From an uncultured Chloroflexia bacterium (GTDB lineage Bacteria > Chloroflexota > Limnocylindria > QHBO01), in the NCBI GenBank assembly GCA_963814375.1, contig CAWFCQ010000005.1, forward strand, positions 96,001-160,000: 64,000 nucleotides of DNA, in the 5' to 3' direction. Of the stretch, positions 40,638-51,432 are shown piece by piece. Made by a program: the position numbers and the translations under genes. Below the pieces are notes generated by a model that searched no databases, had not been told where the DNA came from, and saw nothing but the letters and a program-made list of their open reading frames with translations. Within the stretch, counting starts at the first letter, position 1; each line of letters opens with the position of its first letter.

Positions 40638-41657
40638 ATGAGCCAGACCCTTGACGCTCCGAGCGCCTCCAGCGGCCCGGTGCGCGAGCGCGTCTTCAGC
40701 GGAATCCAGCCTTCCGGAGCCTCGCACCTGGGCAATTACCTCGGTGCGCAGGTCAACTACGTGGCCATGCAGGACGAGTACGACACGATCTACGGCATCG
40801 TCGACTACCACGCCCTGACGACCGTGCACGATGGCGCCGAGCTGCGGCGGCTGACGCACGAGATGGTGCTGGACCTCCTCGCCGTCGGCCTCGACCCCGA
40901 GCGCTGCGCACTCATCCGCCAGTCCGACCTGCCGGAGCACGCCGAGCTGGCCTGGATCTTCAACACCGTGACGCCGGTGAGCTGGGCGGAGCGAACGCCG
41001 ACCTACAAGGAGAAGCGGCAGCAGGGCGTCGAGAACAGCCTGGGCCTGCTCGACTACCCGATCCTCCAGGCGGCCGACATCGTCATCTACAAGGCCAGCC
41101 GCGTGCCGGTCGGCAAGGACCAGGCCGCCCACCTCGAGCTGAGCCGTGAGGTGGTGCGCGCCTTCAACCGCCGCTACGGGCCGATCTTTCCGGAGCCGGA
41201 GCCGGTCTTCACCGATGCACCGACGGTGATGGGCATCGACGGGGCCACCAAGATGAGCAAGAGCGCGAACAACACCATCCCGATCTTCGCCGAGCCAGAC
41301 GAGATCCGGCGCCTCGTCATGAGCATGGTCACCGACCCGCTGCGCATCAAGCGAACCGATCCCGGCCGGCCGGAGATCTGCAACGTGTGCCAGCTCCACC
41401 GGTTCTTCGGTGAGGACTACCTCCAGATCCACGACGGCGAACGAACCGCGCGCACCGGCTGCGTCGAGACCAAGCAGCTCCTTGCGGAGCGGATCATCGA
41501 GCACTTCCGGCCGATGCGCGAGAAGCGGATGCGCCTCGCGTCGGAGCCGAACGTGGTCGAGCAGACTCTCGCCGCGGGCGTCGCGAAGGTGCGGCCGATC
41601 CTCGATGCCACGATGGCCGAGGTGCGCGCGGCGATCGGCATCGGGCCGGTGGCGTGA
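40638..41657 (+). CDS. trpS: Tryptophan-tRNA ligase
   Basis: FSGIQPSG, HLGN, YPILQAADI, VPVGKDQ, KMSKS. Confidence 0.96.
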   Translation: MSQTLDAPSASSGPVRERVFSGIQPSGASHLGNYLGAQVNYVAMQDEYDTIYGIVDYHALTTVHDGAELRRLTHEMVLDLLAVGLDPERCALIRQSDLPEHAELAWIFNTVTPVSWAERTPTYKEKRQQGVENSLGLLDYPILQAADIVIYKASRVPVGKDQAAHLELSREVVRAFNRRYGPIFPEPEPVFTDAPTVMGIDGATKMSKSANNTIPIFAEPDEIRRLVMSMVTDPLRIKRTDPGRPEICNVCQLHRFFGEDYLQIHDGERTARTGCVETKQLLAERIIEHFRPMREKRMRLASEPNVVEQTLAAGVAKVRPILDATMAEVRAAIGIGPVA

Positions 41658-42934
41658 CCGAATCGCCGCCTCCGGCCCCGACCGGGGCGGTGCTGCCGCC
41701 CCGCGAGCGACGGTGGCTGCTGACGTTCCTCATCCTCGGCAGCGCGACCTTCTTCCTCCTCCTCGCGGATCGGGCAATCGGCCTGATCGGAGGGTTCGCG
41801 ACGATAGGCCTGATCGTGTTCCTGGCCTGGCTGCTCGCCTTCGTCATGTCGCCGCTGGTCGCCTGGCTCGAGGAGAACATCGGGGCGCCGCGCAGCCTCA
41901 TCGTGGTGGGCACGTACCTCGTGGCGCTCGTCGTCTTCGGGTTCGTCCTCTTCTACACCGGCGCCTCGATCACCCAGCAGGTTGCCGAGCTGGCCCGCAA
42001 CTACCCCCAGACCGAGCGCGACGTGCTGGCGGTCCTCGCCGACTGGGAACGCGGGCTGGTCTTCGGCCGCCTCGAGATCGACCTGACCGGGCTCTACGAG
42101 GGCGCGGTGGCCCAGGCCGAGGGGATCGGCGCCGACCTGGTCGCCCAGGCGGAGAGCATCGCCGGCGTCACGATCGCCACCCTCGGCTCGCTGCTGCTCA
42201 TCATCGTGCTCTCGCTCTACATGCTGATGGACTCGGGACGGATCCTGGCCCGCATGCACGCGGGCGTGCCGCGCCGTTATCGCGACGAGGCGGAGCTCCT
42301 CGAGCGCAGTGTGACCCGCGCCTTCGGCGGATTCCTGCGCGCGCAGCTCATCCTGGCCACGATGCAGGCGCTCCTCGTGGCGGTGGTCGGCACGGTCTTC
42401 TCGATCCCCTATCTCTTCCTGTGGGGAACGGTGAGCGCGCTGCTGATGCTGATCCCGTTCTTCGGCCCGCCGCTGGCCCTGGTGCCTCCGATCATCGGCG
42501 CGTTCCTCTTCACCGACGCGGCGCTGCCGGTGGCGATCATCCTGATCGGGGTCCAGACGGTGCTCGTCAACTGGCTCCAGCCGCGGCTCATGCGCGACTC
42601 ACTGGGCCTGCATCCGATCCTCGTCCTGGTCGGGCTGCTCATCGGCGCGGAGGTGGCGGGCATCTGGGGCGCGCTGTTCGGCATCCCGATCATCGCGGTG
42701 CTGTGGGTCTTCATCGGCTACCTCGGCTTCGGCACGATCCCGAACGTCGCATTGCCGGAGACGGAGCGCCTGAGCGACGTCGACGAGCACGTCATGGTCA
42801 GCGTCAGCAAGGAGCAGGTCGGTGACGAGACGCATCCTCACATCCACGTCACCCGGACGCGGCGCGCCGACGGCACCGAGCAGATCGAGCTCCGCACCGA
42901 GGGACCGGAGCCGATACCCGGCTCGGAGGGCTAG
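41654..42934 (+). CDS. AI-2E family transporter
   Basis: [38 protein letters not shown]. Confidence 0.9.
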   Translation: MTESPPPAPTGAVLPPRERRWLLTFLILGSATFFLLLADRAIGLIGGFATIGLIVFLAWLLAFVMSPLVAWLEENIGAPRSLIVVGTYLVALVVFGFVLFYTGASITQQVAELARNYPQTERDVLAVLADWERGLVFGRLEIDLTGLYEGAVAQAEGIGADLVAQAESIAGVTIATLGSLLLIIVLSLYMLMDSGRILARMHAGVPRRYRDEAELLERSVTRAFGGFLRAQLILATMQALLVAVVGTVFSIPYLFLWGTVSALLMLIPFFGPPLALVPPIIGAFLFTDAALPVAIILIGVQTVLVNWLQPRLMRDSLGLHPILVLVGLLIGAEVAGIWGALFGIPIIAVLWVFIGYLGFGTIPNVALPETERLSDVDEHVMVSVSKEQVGDETHPHIHVTRTRRADGTEQIELRTEGPEPIPGSEG

Positions 42935-44055
42935 GAGAGCCTCCGCTCGTTGAGCGGGGTGACGTCCTCGGCGAAGTGGCAGGCGCTCATGTGCCCGCCG
43001 CCTATGTCGCGCAGCGGCGGCTCCTCCACCGTGCAGATCTCCTGCGCCATGGGGCAGCGCGTGTGGAAGCGGCAGCCCGACGGCGGGTTGGCCGGAGAGG
43101 GCAGGTCTCCCTTGAGGACGATGCGCTCGCGGCGGACGGTCGGATCCGGGATCGGGATGGCCGAGAGGAGAGCCTTCGTGTACGGGTGCTTGGGCTGCTC
43201 GTACAGGGAGTCTGCCTCCGCCAGCTCGACGAGCTTGCCCAGGTACATCACGCCGACGCGGCTCGAGAGGTGCCGCACGACGGCGAGGTTGTGGGCGATG
43301 AACAGGTAGGTGAGCTGGAACTCGTCCTGGAGGTCGCTCAGCAGGTTGAGCACCTGCGACTGAATGCTGACGTCGAGGGCGCTGACCGGCTCGTCGCACA
43401 CGATGAACTTCGGCCGCAGCGCCAGGGCGCGCGCGATCCCGATGCGCTGGCGCTGGCCACCGCTGAACTCGTGCGGATAGCGGTGGATGTGCTGCTGGTT
43501 GAGGCCCACCCGCTTGAGCAGGTCGCGGACCGCGGCCTCACGCTCGCGCTTGTTCGTCATCCCATGGACGAAGAGGCCCTCGCCGACGATCTCACCCACG
43601 CTCATGCGGGGGTTGAGGCTGGCGTACGGGTCCTGGAACACGACCTGGATGTCGCGGCGGGCCGCCTTCAGCTGGCGAGCATTGAGCGAGAAGAGCGGCT
43701 TCCCCTCGAAGCTCACGCTTCCGCCCGTCGGCGGAATGAGGCGGAGGATGACCTTGCCCAGCGTCGTCTTGCCGCAGCCCGACTCGCCTACCAGGCCGAG
43801 GGTCTCGCCCTCGTGCACGTTGAAGCTGACGCCGTCCACCGCGCGCACCGCGCCGAGCTTGGTGAAGCCGAACAGGCCGCCCCGGATATCGAAATGCTTG
43901 ACGAGATCGGTGACCTCGAGGAGCGGCGCGCCGGCCGCGCCACCGCGTGCAGTCGTTCGCTGAGCGCTGGTCTGCCCGCCACTCGTCGTATCGCCCTCAG
44001 CCGCGGGCGGCGGGTCGGGCCTCCGCTCGGACAGCTCCGGCGTCTGGCTCGTCAT
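42931..44055 (-). CDS. oppF: Oligopeptide ABC transporter ATPase
   Basis: [43 protein letters not shown]. Confidence 0.93.
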   Translation of the reverse strand: MTSQTPELSERRPDPPPAAEGDTTSGGQTSAQRTTARGGAAGAPLLEVTDLVKHFDIRGGLFGFTKLGAVRAVDGVSFNVHEGETLGLVGESGCGKTTLGKVILRLIPPTGGSVSFEGKPLFSLNARQLKAARRDIQVVFQDPYASLNPRMSVGEIVGEGLFVHGMTNKREREAAVRDLLKRVGLNQQHIHRYPHEFSGGQRQRIGIARALALRPKFIVCDEPVSALDVSIQSQVLNLLSDLQDEFQLTYLFIAHNLAVVRHLSSRVGVMYLGKLVELAEADSLYEQPKHPYTKALLSAIPIPDPTVRRERIVLKGDLPSPANPPSGCRFHTRCPMAQEICTVEEPPLRDIGGGHMSACHFAEDVTPLNERRLS

Positions 44056-45149
44056 GCCGTCGCCTCCTGAGTGGAGAGCGTGTCCGCCACTGGCTCGACG
44101 GTCAGCTGCGCGGCAGCCGCGAGCGCCTCCTCGCCGGTCGCGTCGGCGCCGGCCTCGGGCGTCTCCCCGGCAGGCGTCAGCCAGCATCGGCTCAGATGGC
44201 CCTCGCCGACCTTGCGGTACGGCGGGGCGGTATCGCAGATCTGCATCCGATGCGGGCACCGGCGCTTGAAGAGGCAGCCGCTCGGGAGGTTGTAGGGCGA
44301 GGGCACGGTGCCCTTGATGACCTCGAGCCGATCAACCCGCTCGTCCAGCCGCGGGATCGAGTGCAGCAGCCCCTGCGTGTAGGGGTGATGGGGCGACCCG
44401 AAGATGATGCGCACGTCACCGCGCTCGACGACCTTGCCGGCGTACATGACCACGACCTCGTCCGCCATCTCGGCCACGACGCCGAGATCGTGGGTGATGA
44501 GCATGATCGCCATCCGGTTCTTCTGGCGCAGGTCGCGCATCACCTCCAGGATCTGGGCCTGGATCGTGACGTCGAGGGCGGTCGTCGGCTCGTCGGCGAT
44601 GAGCAGGTCGGGATCGGTCGAGAGCGCCATCGCGATCATGACGCGCTGGCGCATGCCGCCGCTGAGCTGGTGCGGATACTCCTTCGCGCGCCGCTTCGCG
44701 TCGGAGATGCCCACCAGCGAGAGCATCTGGACGGCGCGGTCCATGCCTTCCCGCGCACTTGCGGCGGTGTGCTGCTGCACGGCCTCGCTGATCTGGTCGC
44801 CGCAGGTGAATACCGGGTTCAGGCTCGTCATGGGCTCCTGGAAGATCATGCTCACCTGGTCGCCGCGGACGTCGCGGATCTCCTCGTTGGACTTCTCCAG
44901 AAGATCCTCGCCGTTGAGCACGATCTGGCCCGCGACGATCCTGCCGGGCCGCTCGATGAGCCGCATCACCGAGAGGCTGGTGATGCTCTTGCCGCAGCCG
45001 GACTCTCCGACAACGCCCAGCGTCTGCCCGTGCCCGATCTCAAAGGTTACGCCGTCGACCGCCTTGACCGTCCCGTCCTGGGTGAAGAAATGGGTCTTGA
45101 GGCCCTTGATCTCCAGGAGAGGGCCGACATGCCGGGCGGCGTCCGTCAT
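44052..45149 (-). CDS. oppD: Oligopeptide ABC transporter ATPase
   Basis: [34 protein letters not shown]. Confidence 0.93.
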   Translation of the reverse strand: MTDAARHVGPLLEIKGLKTHFFTQDGTVKAVDGVTFEIGHGQTLGVVGESGCGKSITSLSVMRLIERPGRIVAGQIVLNGEDLLEKSNEEIRDVRGDQVSMIFQEPMTSLNPVFTCGDQISEAVQQHTAASAREGMDRAVQMLSLVGISDAKRRAKEYPHQLSGGMRQRVMIAMALSTDPDLLIADEPTTALDVTIQAQILEVMRDLRQKNRMAIMLITHDLGVVAEMADEVVVMYAGKVVERGDVRIIFGSPHHPYTQGLLHSIPRLDERVDRLEVIKGTVPSPYNLPSGCLFKRRCPHRMQICDTAPPYRKVGEGHLSRCWLTPAGETPEAGADATGEEALAAAAQLTVEPVADTLSTQEATA

Positions 45150-46084
45150 CGCTCGACGCGCTGACGCGGGTCGAGCGCATCGCGCATTCCGTCGCCCAGG
45201 AAGTTCGCGGAGAGGACGATGAGGATCAGCACGATGCTCGGGAAGACGACGAGGTACGGCTCGCGGTTCAGGTACTCGAAGGCGACGTTGAGCAGCGTCC
45301 CCAGGCTGGCCTGGTCGGCGCTGATGCCGAAGCCGAGGAAGCTGAGGGCGGCCTCCAGCACCACCGAATCGGCCACCCCGAGGCTGGCGGCGACGATGAT
45401 CGGCGCCAGCGCCGGCGGCAGCATGTGGCGCATGATGATGCGCCGCGGGCTGGCGCCCAGCGCCTTCGCCGCGGCGACGTAGTCGGCCTCGCGCAGCGAG
45501 AGGAACTCGGCGCGCACGAGGCGCGCGGAGAGCGTCCAGCCGGTGATGCCAATGGCCAGGATGATCGAGGCGATGCTCGCTCCCCAGAAGGCCACGAAGG
45601 CGATGATGATGAAGAGGCCAGGCAGGGCCAGCGCGATGTCGACCACCCGCATCAGCAGGTTGTCGACCCAGCCACCCGCGAAGCCGGCCACCGAGCCGAC
45701 CAGCGTGCCGATGATCACGATGATCAGGACCGCCGCGAAGCCGATCATGAGCGACGTGCCCGTGGCGGCCATGAGCACGCCGAAGATGTTGTACCCGGTG
45801 CGCGCGTAGCCGAGGATGGCCAGGGTCAGCTGGCCCTGATCGTTGAAGATCTCGGGCGGGTCGAAGCTGCGGCTGGCGCTCAACCGCAGCGTATCCCCCG
45901 CGACGGCCGGCACGACGAGCGACAGAACGATCAGCGCAACGAGGGTAAGGGCGCCGATCACCGCCAGGCGATGATGGACGAACCGTTGTCGTGCGAGCTG
46001 CCAGTAGCTCCGAACCTCGGTCCGGTCGATGTCCTCGGTGTCGTCGAATTGCCCCTGGCGAACGTCGATCGTCGTTTCGGCCAT
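45146..46084 (-). CDS. oppC: Oligopeptide ABC transporter permease
   Basis: DNLLMRVVD, ARLVRAEFLSLRE..AAKALGA, EAALSFLG, GDGMRDALDP. Confidence 0.92.
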   Translation of the reverse strand: MAETTIDVRQGQFDDTEDIDRTEVRSYWQLARQRFVHHRLAVIGALTLVALIVLSLVVPAVAGDTLRLSASRSFDPPEIFNDQGQLTLAILGYARTGYNIFGVLMAATGTSLMIGFAAVLIIVIIGTLVGSVAGFAGGWVDNLLMRVVDIALALPGLFIIIAFVAFWGASIASIILAIGITGWTLSARLVRAEFLSLREADYVAAAKALGASPRRIIMRHMLPPALAPIIVAASLGVADSVVLEAALSFLGFGISADQASLGTLLNVAFEYLNREPYLVVFPSIVLILIVLSANFLGDGMRDALDPRQRVER

Positions 46085-46093
46085 GGGTGGCTC

Positions 46094-47056
46094 CTAGTAC
46101 TTGATGCGGGGATCGACGACCCCGTACATGATGTCGGCCACGAGGTTGCCGAGGACCACGGCGATCCCTCCCATCAAGACGAATGCCATGACCACCGGGT
46201 AGTCACGCTGGCCGACCGCCTCGAGCCCGAGCAGGCCGAGCCCTGGCCACGAGAAGATGCCCTCCGTGATCGCGGCGCCGGCGATCAGGCTCGGCAGCGA
46301 AAGGCCGAGCAGCGTGATGACCGGGATGAGGGCGTTGCGCAGGGCGTGGCGGAAGTTCACGCGGCGCCCACCGAGCCCCTTCGCCTTGGCGGTGCGGATG
46401 TAGTCCTGGTGGAGGACTTCCAGCATGGTGGCGCGCACGTAGCGCGACCATCCGGCGATGCTCTGGATCGCGAGGCTGGCGACTGGCAGCACCATGTGCC
46501 ACGCGATGTCGAGCGGGTCACCCTCGACCCGGAGGCTGCTCGTCATGCCGCGCGCCGGGAAGATGCCGAGATAGAAGGCGCCGAAGTAGAGGAGGTAGGT
46601 GCCGATCACGAACGACGGCATCGCGTAGCCGATCGTCGCGAAGGTCGTCACGACCTTGTCGGCGATGCTGTACTGCCTGATCGCCGCCAGCATCCCTAGC
46701 GGGATCGCCACGATGACGGTGACGAGCAGCGCCGTCCCCATGAGCAGCAGCGTCGCCGGCGTGCGCTCGGCGATGAGCTCGAGGACCGGCCGCCGGGCCG
46801 TGATGCTGATGCCCCATGCATCGATGCGCCAGATCTGGACGTAGTTCGTGATCCAGCCGACGAACTGCTCCGGCAGCGGCTCGTTCAGCCCATAGATATC
46901 GCGCAGGCGCTCGATCGTCTCGGGCGACACGTTGGGGGTATAGAAACGCCCCAGGGGGTCACCCGGGGCGAGGTACACGAGCAGGAATGAGATAACCGCG
47001 ACACCGAAGAGAATCGGGATGGCAAGGATGATTCGTCGGATCACGTAGCTGAGCAT
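46094..47056 (-). CDS. oppB: Oligopeptide ABC transporter permease
   Basis: PGDP, QDYIRTAKAKG, HALRNA, RDYP, DPRI. Confidence 0.92.
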   Translation of the reverse strand: MLSYVIRRIILAIPILFGVAVISFLLVYLAPGDPLGRFYTPNVSPETIERLRDIYGLNEPLPEQFVGWITNYVQIWRIDAWGISITARRPVLELIAERTPATLLLMGTALLVTVIVAIPLGMLAAIRQYSIADKVVTTFATIGYAMPSFVIGTYLLYFGAFYLGIFPARGMTSSLRVEGDPLDIAWHMVLPVASLAIQSIAGWSRYVRATMLEVLHQDYIRTAKAKGLGGRRVNFRHALRNALIPVITLLGLSLPSLIAGAAITEGIFSWPGLGLLGLEAVGQRDYPVVMAFVLMGGIAVVLGNLVADIMYGVVDPRIKY

Positions 47057-47132
47057 TCGCGTCGATCTCGTTTCTGCTCCTGTGACGGAGCCTGCTGACG
47101 ACTGGCTCGGATCGAATCAACGAAAGGTTAGC

Positions 47133-47204
47133 GGGTGGATGACGCCGAGAGGCGTCACCCACCCCGGGTGAGATGGTCGCGGGGCGCCCGCGGTGGGCAC
47201 CCCG
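47133..47204 (-). terminator. Two stem-loops between oppA and oppB (attenuator or mRNA stabiliser)
   Basis: CGGGGTGCCC..GGGCGCCCCG and GGGTGGGTGACGCC..GGCGTCATCCACCC on the minus strand. Confidence 0.55.
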
Positions 47205-47215
47205 CTCACGATCGA

Positions 47216-49276
47216 CTACTCGTCGGCGGCCTTCGCGAGATGCTCTCGCCTCCAGCCCCAGAGCGGCGAGTCGAGCTCGAGTGGCCCGTCGTCGTACTGC
47301 ATGCCAGCCGACAGGCCGTCCGCGTTCACGTTGGACCACGCGAACAGGTACGGCTGCAGCTCCTGCATGCGAGCCTGGTACTGGAAGTAGATCTCGGTTC
47401 GCGCCGCCTGGTCAGAGGTGGCGAGGCCATCCTCGATCAGCTGGTCGATCTCGTCGTCCTGCAGGCACACGTAGTTGTACCCGTCCGGTGCATCCTCACT
47501 CGTGCACTGCGAGCTGTGGAAGAGCGCGTACGGATCGGGATCCGGCGTCACGCCCCACCCACCGAAGTAGGCATGCCACGGCTCGTTTTGGCCCGGCGGG
47601 ATGTGCGGGTAGGTCAGCGAGGGGATGAGGACGGTCTGGAAGTCAGCCGCCTCGACCTGGATCTCGATGCCGCATTCGAGAACCTCCTCCGCGAGGAGGT
47701 TCATGAAGTCGACACGGTCCTGCTGGCCCGCGCGAACGAGCACGAGGGCCGAGAGGCGCTCGCCATCCTCGTTCACGTAGATCCCGTCGTCGCCCTCCGT
47801 CCACGTGTGGACGGTCGCGGTCTCGATCAGCTCCCGAGCATGCTCGGGATCCTTCTCGACGGCGACGATGTCGGGGTTGAACGCCCACGACGCCGGCGGG
47901 ATGTCGGACTCGATCGGCACACCGTTCCCATCGGTCGCGATCTCGACCAGGCCCGGCTTGTCGATGCAGTACTGCACTGCCTGGCGCAGGTTGATGTCAT
48001 AGAACCAACCCTGCCACTCCTCGCCACTCGCGAGGGTCGTGGACTCATGCATGTTGTACTGCATGTCGTAGTTGCCGAAGTCGTTGTACTCGGCCAGTTG
48101 GAGGGATCCATCCTCCACGGCGCTGGCGACGGCCGCACGGGCGTCCGGCGTCAGGTCGTTGACCCAGTCGAGCTGGCCGCCGGCGAGCGCGTTGGCCGCG
48201 GTCGCGACGTCCGTGAAGATCGGCATCTCGATGGTCTGGGTGACCGGAGCGCCGTTCCAATAGTCGGCGAAGGCGGTGAGGACACAGCCCTCGGTGCTGC
48301 ACTCGTCGAGCTGATACGGGCCCGATCCGACCGGTTCGCGGTTGAAGCTCAGCAGCTGGTAGGCGGCGGCGACCGAGTCGATGCCCTCCGTGGCCAGGCT
48401 GTCAGCAACGCTCGTGGTCGGAACGATCAGGCTGTCGGCAAACTCGCACTTGCCGTCGCTCGTCTCGTCGACGTCCGCGGTCTCGGGATCATCCTCGGCC
48501 ACGAAGTCTTCGACTGCACCGTGCTCGATGCCAGCCGTGTCAAGGATCTCGACTGCCGCGTTGGCAGCCGTCTCGCACGCAGCCGTATCGAGCGGATCGG
48601 CGGTCGAGGTGGTCTCCAGCGCGGTGACCGCGGCGGCGACATCCTCGGCGCTGAGGCCCTCGGTGCCACCCGCGAACTCCTCGTAGGCGGCCTCGATGAC
48701 GGCCTTCGACTCGATGCCGATGCCGGGGAGAACCGTGGTCGAAAACGGCGCGTACGGCTCGATCAGCGTGAACACGACGGTCGTGTCGTCAACCGCTTCA
48801 ACCGACTCCAGGAAGGGAGCCAGGCAGACCGACGGGTTGAACGTGCAGTTCTCGCTGATGGCGAGCTGATAGCTGTACACCACGTCATCGACGGTGATCG
48901 GGTCACCGTTGTGGAAGAACGCGTTGTCGACGATCGTGCAGGTCCACGTGATCTCGTCCTCGCTGACCTCGCAGAGGTCGGCGGCGAGCTGCGGCACGGG
49001 GGTCAGCGTGTCGTCGAGCGTGTACATGAAGTCGTAAATCAGGGCCGTGATGCGGCCGGTCGGAACGTCAGTGTTGGCGTTCGACATGTTGCCGACCTGG
49101 GCGTCCAGCGCCATCGTGATCGTGTCGGCAAAACCAGTTGGGGCTTCACTGCCCGCCGGCTCGGAGCCAGCTGGCTCAGAGCCTTCCGGGGACTCTCCGG
49201 TCTGCGTACCACACGCAGTCAGGATCAGAGCCCCGGAGAAGAGGAATGCAAGCGCATTCCACTTGGTCCGTCTCAT
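47216..49276 (-). CDS. oppA: Peptide ABC transporter substrate-binding lipoprotein
   Basis: GGAGGGAG RBS, lipobox LTAC, PQLA, FHNGDPITVDDV, PVGSGPY, LRQAV. Confidence 0.92.
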   Translation of the reverse strand: MRRTKWNALAFLFSGALILTACGTQTGESPEGSEPAGSEPAGSEAPTGFADTITMALDAQVGNMSNANTDVPTGRITALIYDFMYTLDDTLTPVPQLAADLCEVSEDEITWTCTIVDNAFFHNGDPITVDDVVYSYQLAISENCTFNPSVCLAPFLESVEAVDDTTVVFTLIEPYAPFSTTVLPGIGIESKAVIEAAYEEFAGGTEGLSAEDVAAAVTALETTSTADPLDTAACETAANAAVEILDTAGIEHGAVEDFVAEDDPETADVDETSDGKCEFADSLIVPTTSVADSLATEGIDSVAAAYQLLSFNREPVGSGPYQLDECSTEGCVLTAFADYWNGAPVTQTIEMPIFTDVATAANALAGGQLDWVNDLTPDARAAVASAVEDGSLQLAEYNDFGNYDMQYNMHESTTLASGEEWQGWFYDINLRQAVQYCIDKPGLVEIATDGNGVPIESDIPPASWAFNPDIVAVEKDPEHARELIETATVHTWTEGDDGIYVNEDGERLSALVLVRAGQQDRVDFMNLLAEEVLECGIEIQVEAADFQTVLIPSLTYPHIPPGQNEPWHAYFGGWGVTPDPDPYALFHSSQCTSEDAPDGYNYVCLQDDEIDQLIEDGLATSDQAARTEIYFQYQARMQELQPYLFAWSNVNADGLSAGMQYDDGPLELDSPLWGWRREHLAKAADE

Positions 49277-49529
49277 TAACTCCCTCCAGTGGATGGGGAT
49301 GGGGAACGGTGTGCGGGCACGCCGTTGGACGCGCACGAGCGAGCGTCCGGCCCGACCGGCCGTTGATTATATCTGCCTGTCCACCTCCTTGCGCACTCGC
49401 AGAGTCCCTGGGACTCGGCGAAAGTTCTCGGGTTGGCCAAGCTTCGGGCGCATGCCGTTGCCGGAGACCCGAGCAGGCCTCCCGAATTGCGTCCGTTTCC
49501 CGTTACTAGGCCCGCGGTGGCGGGAAGGT

Positions 49530-50363
49530 TCATTCGCCTCGGGACGGGTCGCTCGGCGTCGATGCCACCGCCGCCACCAGCGCCCGGCGTCCATCGGCCG
49601 TGAACGCCTCCTCGACGGCGACGCCGAAGGCCCGCTGGGCGAGCGCCGGGTCGATGCCGTGCAGCCCGTCGCCGGCGGGGAGCAGCCGACCCGCGTGAAG
49701 GAGCATCGTCCGATCGGCGAAGGCGTCGGCGAGGTTCAGGTCGTGCAGCACGGCCACCACCGTGAGCCGCCGCGCGGCGCGGAGCCGCTCGAGCGTCCGG
49801 AGCAGCCCGAGCTGATGCCCCACGTCGAGGTGCAAGGTCGGCTCGTCGAGCAGGAGGAGCGACGGCTCCTGGGCCAGCGCCAGGGCGACGAGGGCGCGTT
49901 GTCGCTCGCCGCCGGAGAGCTGGTCGATCGGGCGAGATGCGAGGTCCTCCGCGTCGGCGTCGCGCAGCGCGTCGCCCACCGCCTCCGCGTCCTGTGCGGT
50001 CGAGCTGAAGAGGGTGGTCGCATGCGGGATGCGACCGAGCGCGACGACCTCCGCAACCGTCAGCCCCGCGGGCAGCTCGGCCAGCTGCGGCAGGACCGCG
50101 ACCCTGCGGGCGACTTCGCGCCGCGTCCACGACCGCAACGGCCGGCCATGCAGGCGCACCTCGCCCTGGTCCGGCGCGAGGGTCCCGCCGAGCACGCGCA
50201 GCAGCGTCGTCTTGCCGCTGCCGTTCGCCCCGAGCACGGCGACCATCTCGCCGCTGGCCACGGCGAGGTCGACGCCGTCGAGGACGTGGCGTCGCCGATC
50301 CGGTGCCCCGTAACCGGCCGAGACGGATCGCAGCTGCGCGACCGCTGCAGCGAGCTCAGCCAT
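49530..50363 (-). CDS. btuD: Cobalamin/Fe-chelate ABC transporter ATPase
   Basis: GANGSGKT, LSGGERQR, LDEPTLHLD, LHDLNLA. Confidence 0.88.
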   Translation of the reverse strand: MAELAAAVAQLRSVSAGYGAPDRRRHVLDGVDLAVASGEMVAVLGANGSGKTTLLRVLGGTLAPDQGEVRLHGRPLRSWTRREVARRVAVLPQLAELPAGLTVAEVVALGRIPHATTLFSSTAQDAEAVGDALRDADAEDLASRPIDQLSGGERQRALVALALAQEPSLLLLDEPTLHLDVGHQLGLLRTLERLRAARRLTVVAVLHDLNLADAFADRTMLLHAGRLLPAGDGLHGIDPALAQRAFGVAVEEAFTADGRRALVAAVASTPSDPSRGE

Positions 50364-51429
50364 GAACCGCCAGCGAGCGTCGCAGGAGCCAGAGGAAGAA
50401 CGGTGCGCCGATCAGGGCGGTGACGATGCCGACCGGGATTCCGCCGGCTAGCCGGGCGCCGAGGTCCGCCAGCACGAGCAGCACGGCGCCGTAGACCAGG
50501 CTGGCAGGCAGCAGGAGCCGATGGTCGGGCCCGAACGCGAGGCGCAGCAGGTGAGGCACCACCAGGCCGACGAACCCGATCGTCCCCGCGATCGCGACGC
50601 CGGCCGACGTGGCCAGGGCGGCGAGGGAGATCAGGATCGCCTTCTCGCGCTCCACCTCCAGGCCGAGGTGCAATGCGCCGGGCTCACCCAGAAGGAACGC
50701 GTTCAGCGTCCGCCATCGGACGAGGATGAGGATGAAGGCCATGACGATCAGGGGGGCGGCGACCGCGAGACGTGGCCAGCTCGCCCCCGCGAGCGAGCCG
50801 AGCAGCCACGTCACCACCGCGCCGAGCCGATCCCCCGACAGGAACATCAGCATCGCCACGCCGGCCGACAGCAGCGACGAGACGGCATAGCCGGCCAGCA
50901 GCAGGGTCACGACGGGCGTGCCGGCTCGTCCGCGCGCGATGGCGTACACGACGGTCACCGCGGCCAGGCCCCCGGCGAAGGCGAGCAGCTGGACGAAACC
51001 GATGCCGAGCCATGCCGGTGCCGTGATGACCAGGAGGGCCGGCACGATGAGCGCGGCGACCGCACCGAGGGAGGCGCCGGCCGCCGTGCCGATCACGTAC
51101 GGGTCCGCCATCGGGTTGCGCAGGACCGCCTGGAACACGGTTCCCGCGCACGCCAGGCCGGCGCCGACCACGATGCCGGCGGCGATGCGCGGCAGGCGCA
51201 GCTCCCACACGATCGTCTCGGCCGATGCCGGCCAGCTCACGGATCCAACCCCGAACAGTCGATGCGCGACGATGGCCACGGCATCGGCGGGGCCGACACC
51301 GCTCGTTCCGAGCGCCAGCGCCGCCAGCACGGCCACCGCCAGGGCCAGCAGGCCGGCGCCGAGCACGAGCGTCGTGCGGCCGAGGCTCGGCCCGAGCGTC
51401 AGCGTGCGCGGAGCGGCGATGGCGCCCAC
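50356..51429 (-). CDS. btuC: Cobalamin ABC transporter permease (FecCD)
   Basis: ELRLPR, RNPMADP, IGFVGLVVPH, PVGIVTALIGAPFF. Confidence 0.9.
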   Translation of the reverse strand: MGAIAAPRTLTLGPSLGRTTLVLGAGLLALAVAVLAALALGTSGVGPADAVAIVAHRLFGVGSVSWPASAETIVWELRLPRIAAGIVVGAGLACAGTVFQAVLRNPMADPYVIGTAAGASLGAVAALIVPALLVITAPAWLGIGFVQLLAFAGGLAAVTVVYAIARGRAGTPVVTLLLAGYAVSSLLSAGVAMLMFLSGDRLGAVVTWLLGSLAGASWPRLAVAAPLIVMAFILILVRWRTLNAFLLGEPGALHLGLEVEREKAILISLAALATSAGVAIAGTIGFVGLVVPHLLRLAFGPDHRLLLPASLVYGAVLLVLADLGARLAGGIPVGIVTALIGAPFFLWLLRRSLAVHG

Positions 51430-51432
51430 CGC

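Noticed and set aside
47135-49279. Long antisense ORFs (714 aa here; also 15546-17714, 22530-24365, 54446-57229)
   Set aside because: They mirror well-supported genes on the opposite strand, lack motifs, and are expected from GC3 bias.
49280-49525. Riboswitch or T-box in the oppA leader
   Set aside because: A TATAAT -10 (49371-49366) and a modest hairpin are present, but no recognisable aptamer consensus.
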